Below are positions 1 to 9,988 of a DNA stretch of 64,000 bases, one piece after another. The DNA is taken from positions 182,503-246,502 of the IMG/VR virus record IMGVR_UViG_3300042402_002564. One strand, 5' to 3'. The translations under genes were made by a program, and so were the position numbers. The notes under the pieces were generated by a model. It did not search any database. It had not been told where the DNA came from and worked only from the letters and a program-made list of their open reading frames with translations. Within the stretch, counting starts at the first letter, position 1. The number at the start of each line of letters is the position of its first letter.

Positions 1-821
1 CAATTGATGAGGAATTTAGGATAAATAAAATTGATGACGCTCAAAATAAAGCAAAAGAGTTGCAATCTGGTTATAAAGAACTAGAGGAGGCAATTAAAGA
101 GGAAGAGAAACGAGAGTGTCAATTCAATTCTCTATCTAAGGAGATTTCAAATCTAACGAATGGCATTTCTCAAAACAATATTAAGATTAATGGATTGCGA
201 AGACAAATCAAAAATCTTGAATCTGAAATTCAAACTCTTACCGAAAACCTTGCAAATCGAAATTCTGAACATGAAAAGTTAGAAGAATATAAAAATAATT
301 TGAATTCTGTACTGAGTGATTTAGATTCTGTAAAGGAAAAAATTAATTATTACGATTATATCTACAGTCTCTTAAAAGATGGTGGAGTAAAAACTAAAAT
401 TATTAAAAAGTATTTGCCTCTTATTAATCAACAAGTCAATCGTTATTTACAAATGATGGACTTCTATATTAATTTCCATTTGGATGAAGAATTTTCTGAA
501 TCCATTAGATCTCCGATTCATGAAGATTTTTCATATACTTCATTTAGTGAAGGTGAAAAAATGAGAATTGATTTGGCTCTTCTTTTTACATGGAGAGAAA
601 TCGCTAAAATCAAAAATTCTTTGAATTGTAATATTATAATTTTTGACGAAACTTTTGATTCCTCTTTAGATGGATTTGGTACAGATGAGTTTTTAAAGAT
701 TATTAGGTATGTAATTAAAGACGCAAATGTATTTGTAATCTCTCATAAAGAAGGTATGCGAGATAAATTTAATAACGTAATTAAATTTGAGAAAATAAAA
801 GGATTTAGTAGGGCAGTTTAA
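1..821 (+). CDS. gp46: Recombination endonuclease ATPase subunit gp46 (Rad50/SbcC-like), 5'-truncated by window edge
   Basis: C-terminal ABC signature FSEGEKMRIDLALLFTWR and Walker B/D-loop IIFDETFDSSLD, preceded by coiled coil. Confidence 0.95.
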   Translation, partial: IDEEFRINKIDDAQNKAKELQSGYKELEEAIKEEEKRECQFNSLSKEISNLTNGISQNNIKINGLRRQIKNLESEIQTLTENLANRNSEHEKLEEYKNNLNSVLSDLDSVKEKINYYDYIYSLLKDGGVKTKIIKKYLPLINQQVNRYLQMMDFYINFHLDEEFSESIRSPIHEDFSYTSFSEGEKMRIDLALLFTWREIAKIKNSLNCNIIIFDETFDSSLDGFGTDEFLKIIRYVIKDANVFVISHKEGMRDKFNNVIKFEKIKGFSRAV

Positions 822-889
822 AGAGTGGCACAGGGGTCGTCCAATGGGCGATCTTTTTTTGTATTATACGCACATACGACATAAATCAA

Positions 890-3073
890 ATGCCTGTCTC
901 TCACGAAATCAAGTCTCAACTTGCCAAATTGCTTGCCACTGAGGATCTCGTTGTCGAGCATAAAAAAGTTTCTACTGCCTGCTTTAATGTCCACACTCGT
1001 GTTCTGACACTTCCTTTGTGGGAAAAAGCAAGCAATCTTGTGTATGACCTTCTGGTGGGTCACGAAGTTGGTCACGCTCTCTTCACTCCTGATGAGGATT
1101 GGACTGAGCAAGTAAAGGTTCCTGCTCAATTTGTAAACATCGTAGAAGATGCTCGCATTGAGAAGTTGATGAAGCGTAAGTATGCAGGACTTGCTAAAAC
1201 TTTCTTCAATGGATACAAAGAATTAAACGAGGAAGATTTCTTCCAGATTGCTGATGATGATATCTCTACTTTTAATCTTGCTGACCGTACCAATCTTTAT
1301 TTTAAAATTGGTAATTTTGTAAATTTAAAATTCGACTCAGAAGAGCAAGAAATTATTGACATGATTTCTGCTACTGAAACTTTTGCTGATGTTTTAATTG
1401 CAGCGGAAGAACTTTACAAATATTGTAAAAAAGAAAAAGAACAAGAACAAAAGATTGCTAACTTTGATTCTCATGAGCAACAAGGAGGTTCTCAATCACC
1501 TTCTAATGAAATTATAGAGACTAATAATTCTGATTCTGAACAAGATGGTGATGGTGATAATTCTCAACCAAAAGAGAATGAAGGAACTGGTGGAAATTCT
1601 CAAGGTGAACAAACTCCAATCAAATCTTCTGGGGATGATAATGAACCTGAAGTTCGTACTGCTGATTCTCTAGAGGAAAAGATTCGTGATCTTGTTGGGA
1701 ATGATTCATATGAAAATATGTACGTAGAAGTTCCTCAACTAAATTTGGACAGTGTTATTGGTAAAAATTCTGATGTTCATAAAGATATTGATGCATCTTT
1801 TGAACATCAACAAAAAATTCACAATGAGCATTCTCAAATGAGTGGTTATCCCACAATAAATTTATATGAAAATGTTGATCTTGAGTTTAGGAAGTTCAAA
1901 TCTTCAGCACAGAAAGAAGTCAACTATCTCGTGAAAGAGTTTGAATGTCGCAAGGCAGCAGACCAGTATGCTCGTGCGTCAACTGCTCGCACTGGTGTTC
2001 TTGATACTGCTCGACTTCATACCTACAAATATAACGAAGACCTTTTCAAGAAGGTTTCTGTAATTCCTGATGGTAAGAATCATGGACTAGTGTTTGTTCT
2101 AGACTGGAGTGGATCTATGTCTGATGTGATGGTTGATACTTGTAAGCAACTATTCAATCTCGTTTGGTTCTGTAAAAAAGTTAATATTCCATTTGAGGTA
2201 TATGCTTTTACTAACGAGTGGCGTCGAGGGGAGTATGACTATGAAACTGGAAAATATATTGCGGTAGACCGTGCTTCGCATTATGAAAAGAAAGAAAATT
2301 TATTGGTTGTGGATGAATCTTTCTCCATGATGAATATTCTTACCAGTAAAGTTTCTGGTAAGCAGATTGAAAAGCAAATGCTGAATATTTGGAGACTTGC
2401 TTGTTGTTTTAAAAATACTTATAGGTCTACGTACACTTATCCAAATCGTTTGAGTCTTTCTGGAACTCCTTTGAATGAAGCACTGATTTCTCTTCATCAA
2501 ATCCTTCCAAAATTCCAAAAGGAAAACAAACTCCAGAAAGTTCAATGTATTGTTTTGACTGATGGTGAGGCAAATCAACTAGTTTGTCATAAAGAAGTGA
2601 GGCGACATTGGGAAAAAGAACCATATATGGGAGTTGGACATATTAATGCTATGAGTACTTTTTTGCGAGATCGTAAACTTGGCACTACTTACAAGATTGG
2701 ATATGGGTATCATGAATTTACTGATGTTTTACTTAATAACTTAAAGGATAAGTTTTCTTCAACAAACTTCATTGGTATTCGTGTCCTTGAGAGTCGTGGT
2801 GTTCAAAGATTTATTAGTCTTTATCATCAAATTGGTGATAACGATTATGACAAAATTCAAAATGACTGGAAAAAAGTGAAAAGTTTTACCATTACAAAAT
2901 CTGGATATAATGCTTATTTTGGAATGTCTTCCGCTGCTCTTTCTCAAGATAGTGAGTTTGATGTTGCAGAATCTGCTACTAAGTCTCAAATCAAATCTGC
3001 ATTTGTTAAATCTTTGAAGACCAAAAAACTAAATAAAAAAGTTCTTGGTGAATTCATTTCTTTAGTTGCATGA
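890..3073 (+). CDS. VWA-domain protein with N-terminal HEXXH motif (CobT-like partner of the MoxR/CobS AAA+)
   Basis: HEVGH motif, acidic linker, MIDAS DWSGSM ... SGTP ... LTDGE; adjacent to cobS-like gene. Confidence 0.8.
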   Translation: MPVSHEIKSQLAKLLATEDLVVEHKKVSTACFNVHTRVLTLPLWEKASNLVYDLLVGHEVGHALFTPDEDWTEQVKVPAQFVNIVEDARIEKLMKRKYAGLAKTFFNGYKELNEEDFFQIADDDISTFNLADRTNLYFKIGNFVNLKFDSEEQEIIDMISATETFADVLIAAEELYKYCKKEKEQEQKIANFDSHEQQGGSQSPSNEIIETNNSDSEQDGDGDNSQPKENEGTGGNSQGEQTPIKSSGDDNEPEVRTADSLEEKIRDLVGNDSYENMYVEVPQLNLDSVIGKNSDVHKDIDASFEHQQKIHNEHSQMSGYPTINLYENVDLEFRKFKSSAQKEVNYLVKEFECRKAADQYARASTARTGVLDTARLHTYKYNEDLFKKVSVIPDGKNHGLVFVLDWSGSMSDVMVDTCKQLFNLVWFCKKVNIPFEVYAFTNEWRRGEYDYETGKYIAVDRASHYEKKENLLVVDESFSMMNILTSKVSGKQIEKQMLNIWRLACCFKNTYRSTYTYPNRLSLSGTPLNEALISLHQILPKFQKENKLQKVQCIVLTDGEANQLVCHKEVRRHWEKEPYMGVGHINAMSTFLRDRKLGTTYKIGYGYHEFTDVLLNNLKDKFSSTNFIGIRVLESRGVQRFISLYHQIGDNDYDKIQNDWKKVKSFTITKSGYNAYFGMSSAALSQDSEFDVAESATKSQIKSAFVKSLKTKKLNKKVLGEFISLVA

Positions 3074-3255
3074 AACAAAAATTTCCACTTGAACATCTAG
3101 TCAAATATGACACTAAAGAAGTGTTAGTAATTTGTGATAGTGCAATTACTGCTATGGGTATTCCTGCTATTGTAAAAAAATACTATCCAGGATATACGGG
3201 CAAAATTGTGAGTAGAGATTACTTTGAAAAATTTAAGAGCCAGTTGGCGAACTGA
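3070..3255 (+). CDS. Small hypothetical protein
   Basis: ATGA overlap with upstream stop; 61 aa ORF in operon. Confidence 0.6.
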   Translation: MKQKFPLEHLVKYDTKEVLVICDSAITAMGIPAIVKKYYPGYTGKIVSRDYFEKFKSQLAN

Positions 3256-3319
3256 CCACTGAGAACCTTTCAGAACCAATTTTACCCTTATAATTATTGA
3301 GTTGAACAAACACATCGTT

Positions 3320-4438
3320 ATGACACTTTCTTCTGATTACATCCGCACCTCTCTTCAAAATCTTTATGGCAACAACATCACCAGTGCCGATGTTCGTGCT
3401 TGGTGTAGTATGAATGATACTAATTACCAAACTGTTACTAATAAAATTTATCAATATAAAACTGGTCATGGTAAATGGAATCTTGAAGTGACTCAACAAA
3501 AAGTGGAAGAAATCGAACGTACTTATCAAGCACCCGCAGTGGTTCCTCCTGTAGAGCAAAATCTCATTCCTGATAAAGATGATACCTTCGTCAAGTTTGG
3601 TAATTTTAACGATATTAAACGCATTATTCAGTCCAATCTCTTTTATCCTACGTTCATTACGGGTCTTTCGGGTAATGGTAAAACGTTCAGTGTTGAGCAA
3701 GCGTGTGCTCAACTTAAGCGTGAATTGATTCGTGTAAACATTACAATTGAAACTGATGAAGACGACCTTATCGGTGGATTCCGCCTTGTTGATGGAAATA
3801 CCGCTTGGCATAACGGTCCCGTTATTGAGGCACTGGAACGAGGAGCAATCCTTCTCCTTGATGAAATCGACCTTGCATCTAACAAAATCCTGTGTCTTCA
3901 ATCCATCCTTGAAGGCAAAGGTGTTTTCCTGAAAAAGATTGGTCGCTGGGTAAAACCCGCTGCTGGGTTTAACGTGATTGCCACCGCAAACACCAAGGGT
4001 AAAGGTTCTGATGATGGACGTTTCATCGGCACCAACGTGCTCAACGAAGCATTCCTGGAGCGTTTCCCTGTGACCTTCGAGCAGTCCTATCCCGCCCCAG
4101 CAACTGAGCAGAAAATCCTTGAGGGGGTCGCTCTGGACCTTGGAGTAGAGGATCGTGACTTCTGCAAGCGTCTGGTGGACTGGGGTGATATCATCCGCAA
4201 GACCTTCTACGATGGTGGTATTGAAGAAATCATTAGCACCCGTCGTCTGGTTCATATCATCCGTGCTTACAGCATCTTCCAGGATAAAGCAAAGGCAATC
4301 CAAGTTTGTGTCAATCGTTTTGATGACGAAACTAAGCAAGCATTCCTTGAACTTTATGACAAGGTTGATGCTGACTTCCAGATGCCTAAAGAATATGAGC
4401 ATGTAACTTACGACCTTGACCAACAAACTCAATCCTGA
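3320..4438 (+). CDS. cobS: CobS-like MoxR AAA+ ATPase
   Basis: Walker A GLSGNGKT, Walker B LLLDEID, NEAFLERF; ATG 3320 downstream of TATAAT. Confidence 0.9.
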   Translation: MTLSSDYIRTSLQNLYGNNITSADVRAWCSMNDTNYQTVTNKIYQYKTGHGKWNLEVTQQKVEEIERTYQAPAVVPPVEQNLIPDKDDTFVKFGNFNDIKRIIQSNLFYPTFITGLSGNGKTFSVEQACAQLKRELIRVNITIETDEDDLIGGFRLVDGNTAWHNGPVIEALERGAILLLDEIDLASNKILCLQSILEGKGVFLKKIGRWVKPAAGFNVIATANTKGKGSDDGRFIGTNVLNEAFLERFPVTFEQSYPAPATEQKILEGVALDLGVEDRDFCKRLVDWGDIIRKTFYDGGIEEIISTRRLVHIIRAYSIFQDKAKAIQVCVNRFDDETKQAFLELYDKVDADFQMPKEYEHVTYDLDQQTQS

Positions 4439-4446
4439 TAAAATAT

Positions 4447-4473
4447 AAGGAGGTAAATCTGCCTCCTCTTTTT
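4447..4473 (+). terminator. Rho-independent terminator
   Basis: aggagg...cctcct stem followed by T tract. Confidence 0.7.
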
Positions 4474-4494
4474 GTCCTTTTACTATGAAACAAA

Positions 4495-5034
4495 ATGTCT
4501 GAAATTCCTGATAAAAATAAAAATTTTACTTCCATTTACGGAGACTTTATCGCAACTGAAGATTCTTATCCTTCGCCCGACACTATTTCTTTTGCTGGAT
4601 CTAGACTTTACGGTGGAATGAGTGATCAATCATATTGGGAAAGTGATGGGATTAGTCTTACTGGTAATCCTGCTCCCATGGGCGAAGACCGTATCACTTT
4701 AAATCCACCAACCCCCAAAGATGAATCGCAAAACAATTTTTGGAAATTTGGTGAAGGTAAAACTCTCAAAGCAGTAGAAGATTACATTATCAGCACTTAT
4801 AAAGCACATTACGCATCTGATAATTCTAAAGTTCAAGTTCTTGATATTATTGATGCAATTGGTGATGGTGTTCCATTTTGCCGAGATAATCTGATTAAAT
4901 ATTCTTCTCGTTTTGGTAAAAAAGAGGGGATGTCTCGTCTGGATGCACTAAAGATTATTCACTACGGAATTCTTCTTTATCATTTTGCTGGATTTAATAA
5001 TGAAACTTCGAAATCAAACTATGAAACTTTCTGA
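4495..5034 (+). CDS. Conserved cyanophage protein (DUF3310-like C-terminus)
   Basis: YIISTYKAHY...NLIKYSSRFGKK...DALKIIHY pattern. Confidence 0.7.
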   Translation: MSEIPDKNKNFTSIYGDFIATEDSYPSPDTISFAGSRLYGGMSDQSYWESDGISLTGNPAPMGEDRITLNPPTPKDESQNNFWKFGEGKTLKAVEDYIISTYKAHYASDNSKVQVLDIIDAIGDGVPFCRDNLIKYSSRFGKKEGMSRLDALKIIHYGILLYHFAGFNNETSKSNYETF

Positions 5035-5686
5035 TAAAACTCTGACACTTCTGAAGAATTTTTCTTCGATTAATCAATCCATTCTGTTTAAACAAGGCAA
5101 TTCTCTTCGTACAATTTCAGTAATGAAGAACATCTTGGCAGAAGCAACTGTAGAAGAAGAATTTACCAAAGATTTTGGTATCTATGACCTGAATCAATTT
5201 TTGAATGGTTTAAATCTTCATCAGAATGCAGAACTTGATTTTCAAAACGATGGTTATGTCGTTATTAAAGAAGGTAAATCGCGTTCCAAGTATTTCTTTG
5301 CAGACCCTAATGTAATCATCACTCCTCCAGAAAAAGATATTACACTTCCAAGTGAAGATGTTGCATTTACTCTGGATACAAAAGAACTAGATAAACTCCT
5401 TAAAGCTGCTGCAATTTATCAACTTCAAGATTTGTCAGTTATTGGAGAAGCAGGTGTTGTAAAACTAGTTGTTCGTGATAAGAAGAACGATACTTCTAAT
5501 GACTTCTCTGTGATTGTCGGTGAGACTGAAGATGAGTTCTCCTTTAATTTTAAAGTAGAAAATATCAAGATTCTTCCTGGTAATTATGAAGTTGTTATTT
5601 CACGTAAACTTTTGTCACGATTCAAGAATACTGGATTTGATGTGACTTATCATATTGCCTTGGAGCCTGATTCTACTTTTGGTTGA
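5021..5686 (+). CDS. gp45: Sliding clamp gp45 (alternative start 5000)
   Basis: MKLSDKTLTLLKNFSSINQSI, FGIYDLNQFL, Y.IALE C-terminus; synteny. Confidence 0.95.
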   Translation: MKLSDKTLTLLKNFSSINQSILFKQGNSLRTISVMKNILAEATVEEEFTKDFGIYDLNQFLNGLNLHQNAELDFQNDGYVVIKEGKSRSKYFFADPNVIITPPEKDITLPSEDVAFTLDTKELDKLLKAAAIYQLQDLSVIGEAGVVKLVVRDKKNDTSNDFSVIVGETEDEFSFNFKVENIKILPGNYEVVISRKLLSRFKNTGFDVTYHIALEPDSTFG

Positions 5687-6198
5687 TGAACATTTTTGTA
5701 ACTTCTCCTTGGCCCGCTGAGAGTGCTGTATGTCTTCCCGATAAACACATTGTCAAGATGCCTCTAGAGTGCTGCCAGATGCTCTCTATCGTTGCCTCTG
5801 ACAAGTGGGGACATGGGTACGGCACTCTTCCTAAGGCAGATGGAACTCCCTACAAGACCGACAAAGGAGCATTCCGCAATCATCCTTGTACCAAGTGGGC
5901 AATGGAGAGTATCCATAATGCCTACTGGTTAATCAAATGGGGACTGAACTTGTCTGATGAATACTGCCTGCGGTATAATAAAACTCACTCCTGTTATAAA
6001 ACTCTTGTGGATGCATACTATTTGTTTCCCAAGGGTAAGATTACAGAAGTGACTCCATTTGCTCGTGCTATGCCTGAGGAATGGAAGTTTGACGACACTA
6101 TTGATACATTTGAAGCATACAAAAGATACATAGCATCCAAACCTTGGGTTTCTGATAACTATCTTCGTATGCCTGAACGCAAACCTGATTGGGTCTAA
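5686..6198 (+). CDS. denV: Pyrimidine-dimer DNA glycosylase (DenV/Pyr_excise family)
   Basis: MNIFVT...DKHIVKMPLE..QMLS and NHPCTKW motifs. Confidence 0.75.
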   Translation: MNIFVTSPWPAESAVCLPDKHIVKMPLECCQMLSIVASDKWGHGYGTLPKADGTPYKTDKGAFRNHPCTKWAMESIHNAYWLIKWGLNLSDEYCLRYNKTHSCYKTLVDAYYLFPKGKITEVTPFARAMPEEWKFDDTIDTFEAYKRYIASKPWVSDNYLRMPERKPDWV

Positions 6199-6201
6199 AT
6201 T

Positions 6202-7146
6202 ATGACAAGTGAATTTCTTTTTGTGGAGAAATACCGTCCTCAAGTAATTGATGACTGTATTCTTCCCGATGAAACTAAAAAAACATTTAAGGAGTTTGTA
6301 GAGAAGGGTGAGATTCCTAACCTTCTTCTTGCAGGTCCTCCTGGTATTGGTAAAACTACCATTGCAAAAGCATTGTGTAATGAGTTGGGAGCAGATTTTT
6401 ATGTCATCAACGGATCCGACGAAGGACGTTTCTTGGATACTGTACGGAACCAAGCAAAGAACTTCGCTTCGACCGTCTCACTTACGGGATCTTCTAAACA
6501 CAAAGTCATCATCATCGATGAGGCGGATAACACAGGCAACGACGTACAACTCCTACTACGGGCGAATATTGAGGCATTTTATAACAACTGCCGATTCATC
6601 TTCACCTGTAATTACAAAAATAAAATCATTGAACCCCTTCACTCCCGTTGTGCAGTCATCGACTTCACAATTAAAGGAAAACAAAGAGTTCAACTTGCAG
6701 GGAATTTCTTTCAAAGGTTACAATTTATCCTTGATAAGGAAAAGATTGAGTATGATCAAAAGGTCGTTGCGGAACTCGTATCCAAGCACTTTCCCGATTT
6801 TCGACGTGTTCTAAACGAAATTCAAAGATATTCTACTAGTGGTAAGATTGACTCTGGTATTCTTGCTTCTTTTTCTGATATATCTGTAAATGAACTTCTT
6901 AAAAATCTTAAGGAGAAAAATTTTACTGAAGTTAGAAAGTGGGTAGTTGCTAATTTAGATAATGACCCTAATATCATTCTTCGTAGAGTATATGAGTCAT
7001 GTTATGATAATCTTTTACCCCAGTCGATACCTGCTGCAGTTCTTATTATTGCTAAGTATCAATATCAAATTGCATTTGTTGCTGACCAGGAGATTAATCT
7101 TTTAGCAGCATTAACCGAAATTATGTGTGAATGTGAATTTAAATAG
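6202..7146 (+). CDS. gp44: Clamp loader large subunit gp44
   Basis: EKYRP, GPPGIGKTT, IIDEAD, SRC motif. Confidence 0.97.
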   Translation: MTSEFLFVEKYRPQVIDDCILPDETKKTFKEFVEKGEIPNLLLAGPPGIGKTTIAKALCNELGADFYVINGSDEGRFLDTVRNQAKNFASTVSLTGSSKHKVIIIDEADNTGNDVQLLLRANIEAFYNNCRFIFTCNYKNKIIEPLHSRCAVIDFTIKGKQRVQLAGNFFQRLQFILDKEKIEYDQKVVAELVSKHFPDFRRVLNEIQRYSTSGKIDSGILASFSDISVNELLKNLKEKNFTEVRKWVVANLDNDPNIILRRVYESCYDNLLPQSIPAAVLIIAKYQYQIAFVADQEINLLAALTEIMCECEFK

Positions 7147-7161
7147 AGAGGAATTTAAAAA

Positions 7162-7449
7162 ATGAATGTAAAACTTATTCGTATGTCATCTGGTGAAGAT
7201 ATTATTTGTGATTTGATTGAGGAGACTGATAATCAAATTACAATTTGTGATCCTATTGTTGCTGTTCCTGCTGGAAATGGTCAGATTGGATTTGCTCCTT
7301 GGTCACCTCTAATTAATAAAGATGTAAAAGAACTAACCATTAATAAAAAATTTGTAGTGTATATTACGGAAACTACAGATAGAATGGTGCAAGAATATCA
7401 ATCTATGTTTAGTAGTATTATTACTCCTAATAAACAACTTCAAATTTAA
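7162..7449 (+). CDS. Small T4-like conserved protein (Sm-like fold candidate)
   Basis: MNVKLIRMSSGEDII...FAPWSP; similar start to 9989 ORF. Confidence 0.65.
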   Translation: MNVKLIRMSSGEDIICDLIEETDNQITICDPIVAVPAGNGQIGFAPWSPLINKDVKELTINKKFVVYITETTDRMVQEYQSMFSSIITPNKQLQI

Positions 7450-8306
7450 TGAAAAATTTTAAAACACCCCTTCGTTATCCTGGAGGCAAGTCTCGTGCTT
7501 GCACCAAAATGGATCCTTACTTCCCAGACCTTCGTAACTATGATGAATTTCGTGAACCATTTATTGGTGGGGGAAGTGTTGCAATTCATATTACCAAAAA
7601 ATATCCTAATTTAAATATTTGGGTAAATGATTTGTATGAACCTCTTGTTAATTTTTGGCAACAACTTCAAATTTTTGGAACGGATCTAAAAGATAAACTT
7701 TTAGAACTTAAATCGCTACACAATAATCCAGATGATGCAAAACAATTATTTTTAGTGAGTAAAAAAAATATTAATGATACGAATCTATCAAATATAGAAC
7801 GTGCAGTTAGTTTTTATATTATTAATAAGTGTTCTTTTTCTGGTCTTACGGAATCTTCATCCTTTTCAAAACAGGCATCTGAGTCTAACTTCTCTATAAG
7901 GGGAATTGAAAAATTACCAGAATATTCCAAATTAATTGAGAGGTGGCGTATAACTAATTACTCCTATGATTATCTAATGGATGGAAACAAGGGTGCTTTT
8001 GTGTATCTCGATCCTCCTTATGACATTAAGGATAATCTCTATGGGAACAAAGGATCAATGCATAAAGGATTTGATCACGATAAGTTTGCTACTGATTGCG
8101 ATTCTTGTAATATGGATCAACTAATCAGTTACAATTCAGACCAATTGGTAAAGGATCGTTTTAAGAACTGGAATACTGGGGAATTTGACCTTACTTATAC
8201 AATGAGGTCAGTTGGTGAATATATGCGAGAGCAAAAACAACGAAAGGAATTGCTATTATTTAATTATGGAATTGAAGGACTGGTTGAATTCAATCAATCA
8301 AACTAA
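7449..8306 (+). CDS. dam: DNA adenine methyltransferase (Dam/D12 class)
   Basis: LRYPGGKS, EPFIGGGSV, catalytic DPPY. Confidence 0.92.
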   Translation: MKNFKTPLRYPGGKSRACTKMDPYFPDLRNYDEFREPFIGGGSVAIHITKKYPNLNIWVNDLYEPLVNFWQQLQIFGTDLKDKLLELKSLHNNPDDAKQLFLVSKKNINDTNLSNIERAVSFYIINKCSFSGLTESSSFSKQASESNFSIRGIEKLPEYSKLIERWRITNYSYDYLMDGNKGAFVYLDPPYDIKDNLYGNKGSMHKGFDHDKFATDCDSCNMDQLISYNSDQLVKDRFKNWNTGEFDLTYTMRSVGEYMREQKQRKELLLFNYGIEGLVEFNQSN

Positions 8307-8646
8307 AACTAATTTAATGGATGAAAATCCAGAATCAGTAAAAGAATATACACCATATATCATCAATAAGTGTCTTTCTGCTCATATTGATTGTATTTTA
8401 TTTGCCAATGAAATGAATAAGTATCATCATCTTGATAAAGATATGCAATATTCATTTTATATAAATACTCTGAGGAAGCGAAAGAGATTTTCTCCTTGGC
8501 TCCGAAAGGATAAAGTCAAAGATTTAGAATGTGTTAAACGTTACTATGGTTATAGTAATGAGAAGGCATCTCAGGCTTTGAAAATTTTATCAAAATCACA
8601 ACTCGATTTTATTAAACAACGACTTGATATTGGCGGAACAAAATGA
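8266..8646 (+). CDS. gp62: Clamp loader small subunit gp62
   Basis: MELKDWLNSIN...RKRFSPW...YYGYSNEKA; synteny before regA. Confidence 0.93.
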   Translation: MELKDWLNSINQTKTNLMDENPESVKEYTPYIINKCLSAHIDCILFANEMNKYHHLDKDMQYSFYINTLRKRKRFSPWLRKDKVKDLECVKRYYGYSNEKASQALKILSKSQLDFIKQRLDIGGTK

Positions 8647-9083
8647 CTACTCAAACTATCGAACCCCAAGTAAATTGGACACCTGATATGATGGTGGAAG
8701 TTATTCTTAATGAACCTGATGATTTTCTGAAAGTTCGTGAGACTTTAACCCGTATCGGAGTGGCATCTAGGAAGGAGAAAAAACTCTACCAGAGCTGCCA
8801 CATTCTTCACAAACAAGGTAGATATTATATTACACACTTTAAAGAGTTGTTTGCACTTGATGGCAAACATGCAAATCTTACCGTAAATGATGTTCAGCGT
8901 CGTAATCGTATTGCTCGATTACTTTCTGATTGGGGATTAATTACTATAGTAAATACTGATTCAATCCTCGACATTGCACCTCTTAATCAAATTAAAGTTC
9001 TTTCTTATAAAGATAAAGGTGATTGGATTTTGGAGCAGAAGTATAATATCGGATCTAAAAAAGGTAAACCTCAAGATGAGTGA
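8643..9083 (+). CDS. regA: Translational repressor RegA
   Basis: DDFLKVRETLTRIG...LYQSCHILHKQG.YYI.HFKELF. Confidence 0.97.
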   Translation: MTTQTIEPQVNWTPDMMVEVILNEPDDFLKVRETLTRIGVASRKEKKLYQSCHILHKQGRYYITHFKELFALDGKHANLTVNDVQRRNRIARLLSDWGLITIVNTDSILDIAPLNQIKVLSYKDKGDWILEQKYNIGSKKGKPQDE

Positions 9084-9112
9084 TATTTAAATATAGGTTC
9101 GGAATACCATAA

Positions 9113-9146
9113 GAAGAGGTTCGGGTTTTTCCGCACCTCTTTTTTT
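9113..9146 (+). terminator. Rho-independent terminator
   Basis: gaagaggt...acctct stem plus T tract. Confidence 0.65.
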
Positions 9147-9221
9147 AATATCTTGTATAATTAATATTGGATGCCTTCGGGGTCCACAAAACACAAACTC
9201 GCTTTAAAAGGAGCTACTATA

Positions 9222-9662
9222 ATGACCAACCTTGCAACATCTAGGTTTACACATGCGGATCTTCCTGCCTTGATGGATAGGATTACTCGCAACAGTATTG
9301 GTATGGATGAATATTTTGACCGTCTATTTCATTTACATGAAACAACTTCTAACTATCCTCCATACAATTTAGTTCAAGTCAGTAATGTGGAATCAAGATT
9401 AGAACTTGCACTTGCAGGATTTAAAAAGAAAGAGGTTTATGTCTATACACAAGATGGGAAACTATTCGTTGAAGGACAAAAAGAGGATAAGGAATCTGAC
9501 ACCAACTACGTCCATAAGGGACTGGCTCAACGATCTTTCAAAAGAGCGTGGACAATGGCAGATGATACAGAAGTCGCAGAAGTATCATTTGAAGATGGAC
9601 TCCTCTCTATCAACTTAAGAAAGATTGTCCCAGATCATCATAAACGTAAAGATTATCTCTAA
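9222..9662 (+). CDS. hsp20: Small heat shock protein Hsp20
   Basis: NYPPYN, LALAGF, HKGLAQRSF, FEDGLL; SD aggag before ATG 9222. Confidence 0.95.
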   Translation: MTNLATSRFTHADLPALMDRITRNSIGMDEYFDRLFHLHETTSNYPPYNLVQVSNVESRLELALAGFKKKEVYVYTQDGKLFVEGQKEDKESDTNYVHKGLAQRSFKRAWTMADDTEVAEVSFEDGLLSINLRKIVPDHHKRKDYL

Positions 9663-9685
9663 ATAATTTTAAATTATTTAGAGAG

Positions 9686-9868
9686 ATGAAAACCTTCCAG
9701 CAGTTTATTGCAGAAATTAAAACCATAAGTTTTAAAATGGCAAAACCACACAAGGTATATAATAAAAATAGGGTAACAAATATTGGTGCTGGAAGGGCAG
9801 TTCCGAAAAGATCATCCTCTAGTTCTGGTGGAGATGGTGGTGATGGAAGTGGTGGAGATGGTGAATAA
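9686..9868 (+). CDS. Small basic protein with capsid-targeting-like N-terminus (putative internal head protein)
   Basis: Starts MKTFQQFIAE (T4 internal-protein CTS is MKTYQEFIAE); Gly/Ser/Asp tail. Confidence 0.6.
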   Translation: MKTFQQFIAEIKTISFKMAKPHKVYNKNRVTNIGAGRAVPKRSSSSSGGDGGDGSGGDGE

Positions 9869-9988
9869 ATAGAATTGGCTACCCCAAATATCGTCGGTGC
9901 TATCAAAGGGAGTTCTGGCAAAATCCAGATTGACTCCCTTTTTTATTTGTGATACAATTTTAGTAAAAAGTATTATTTAAAAATAATT

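Noticed and set aside
3233-4432. 399-aa minus-strand ORF
   Set aside because: Antisense shadow of cobS; no motifs. The same applies to antisense ORFs over the porin (57743-58468) and psbA (62809-63411).
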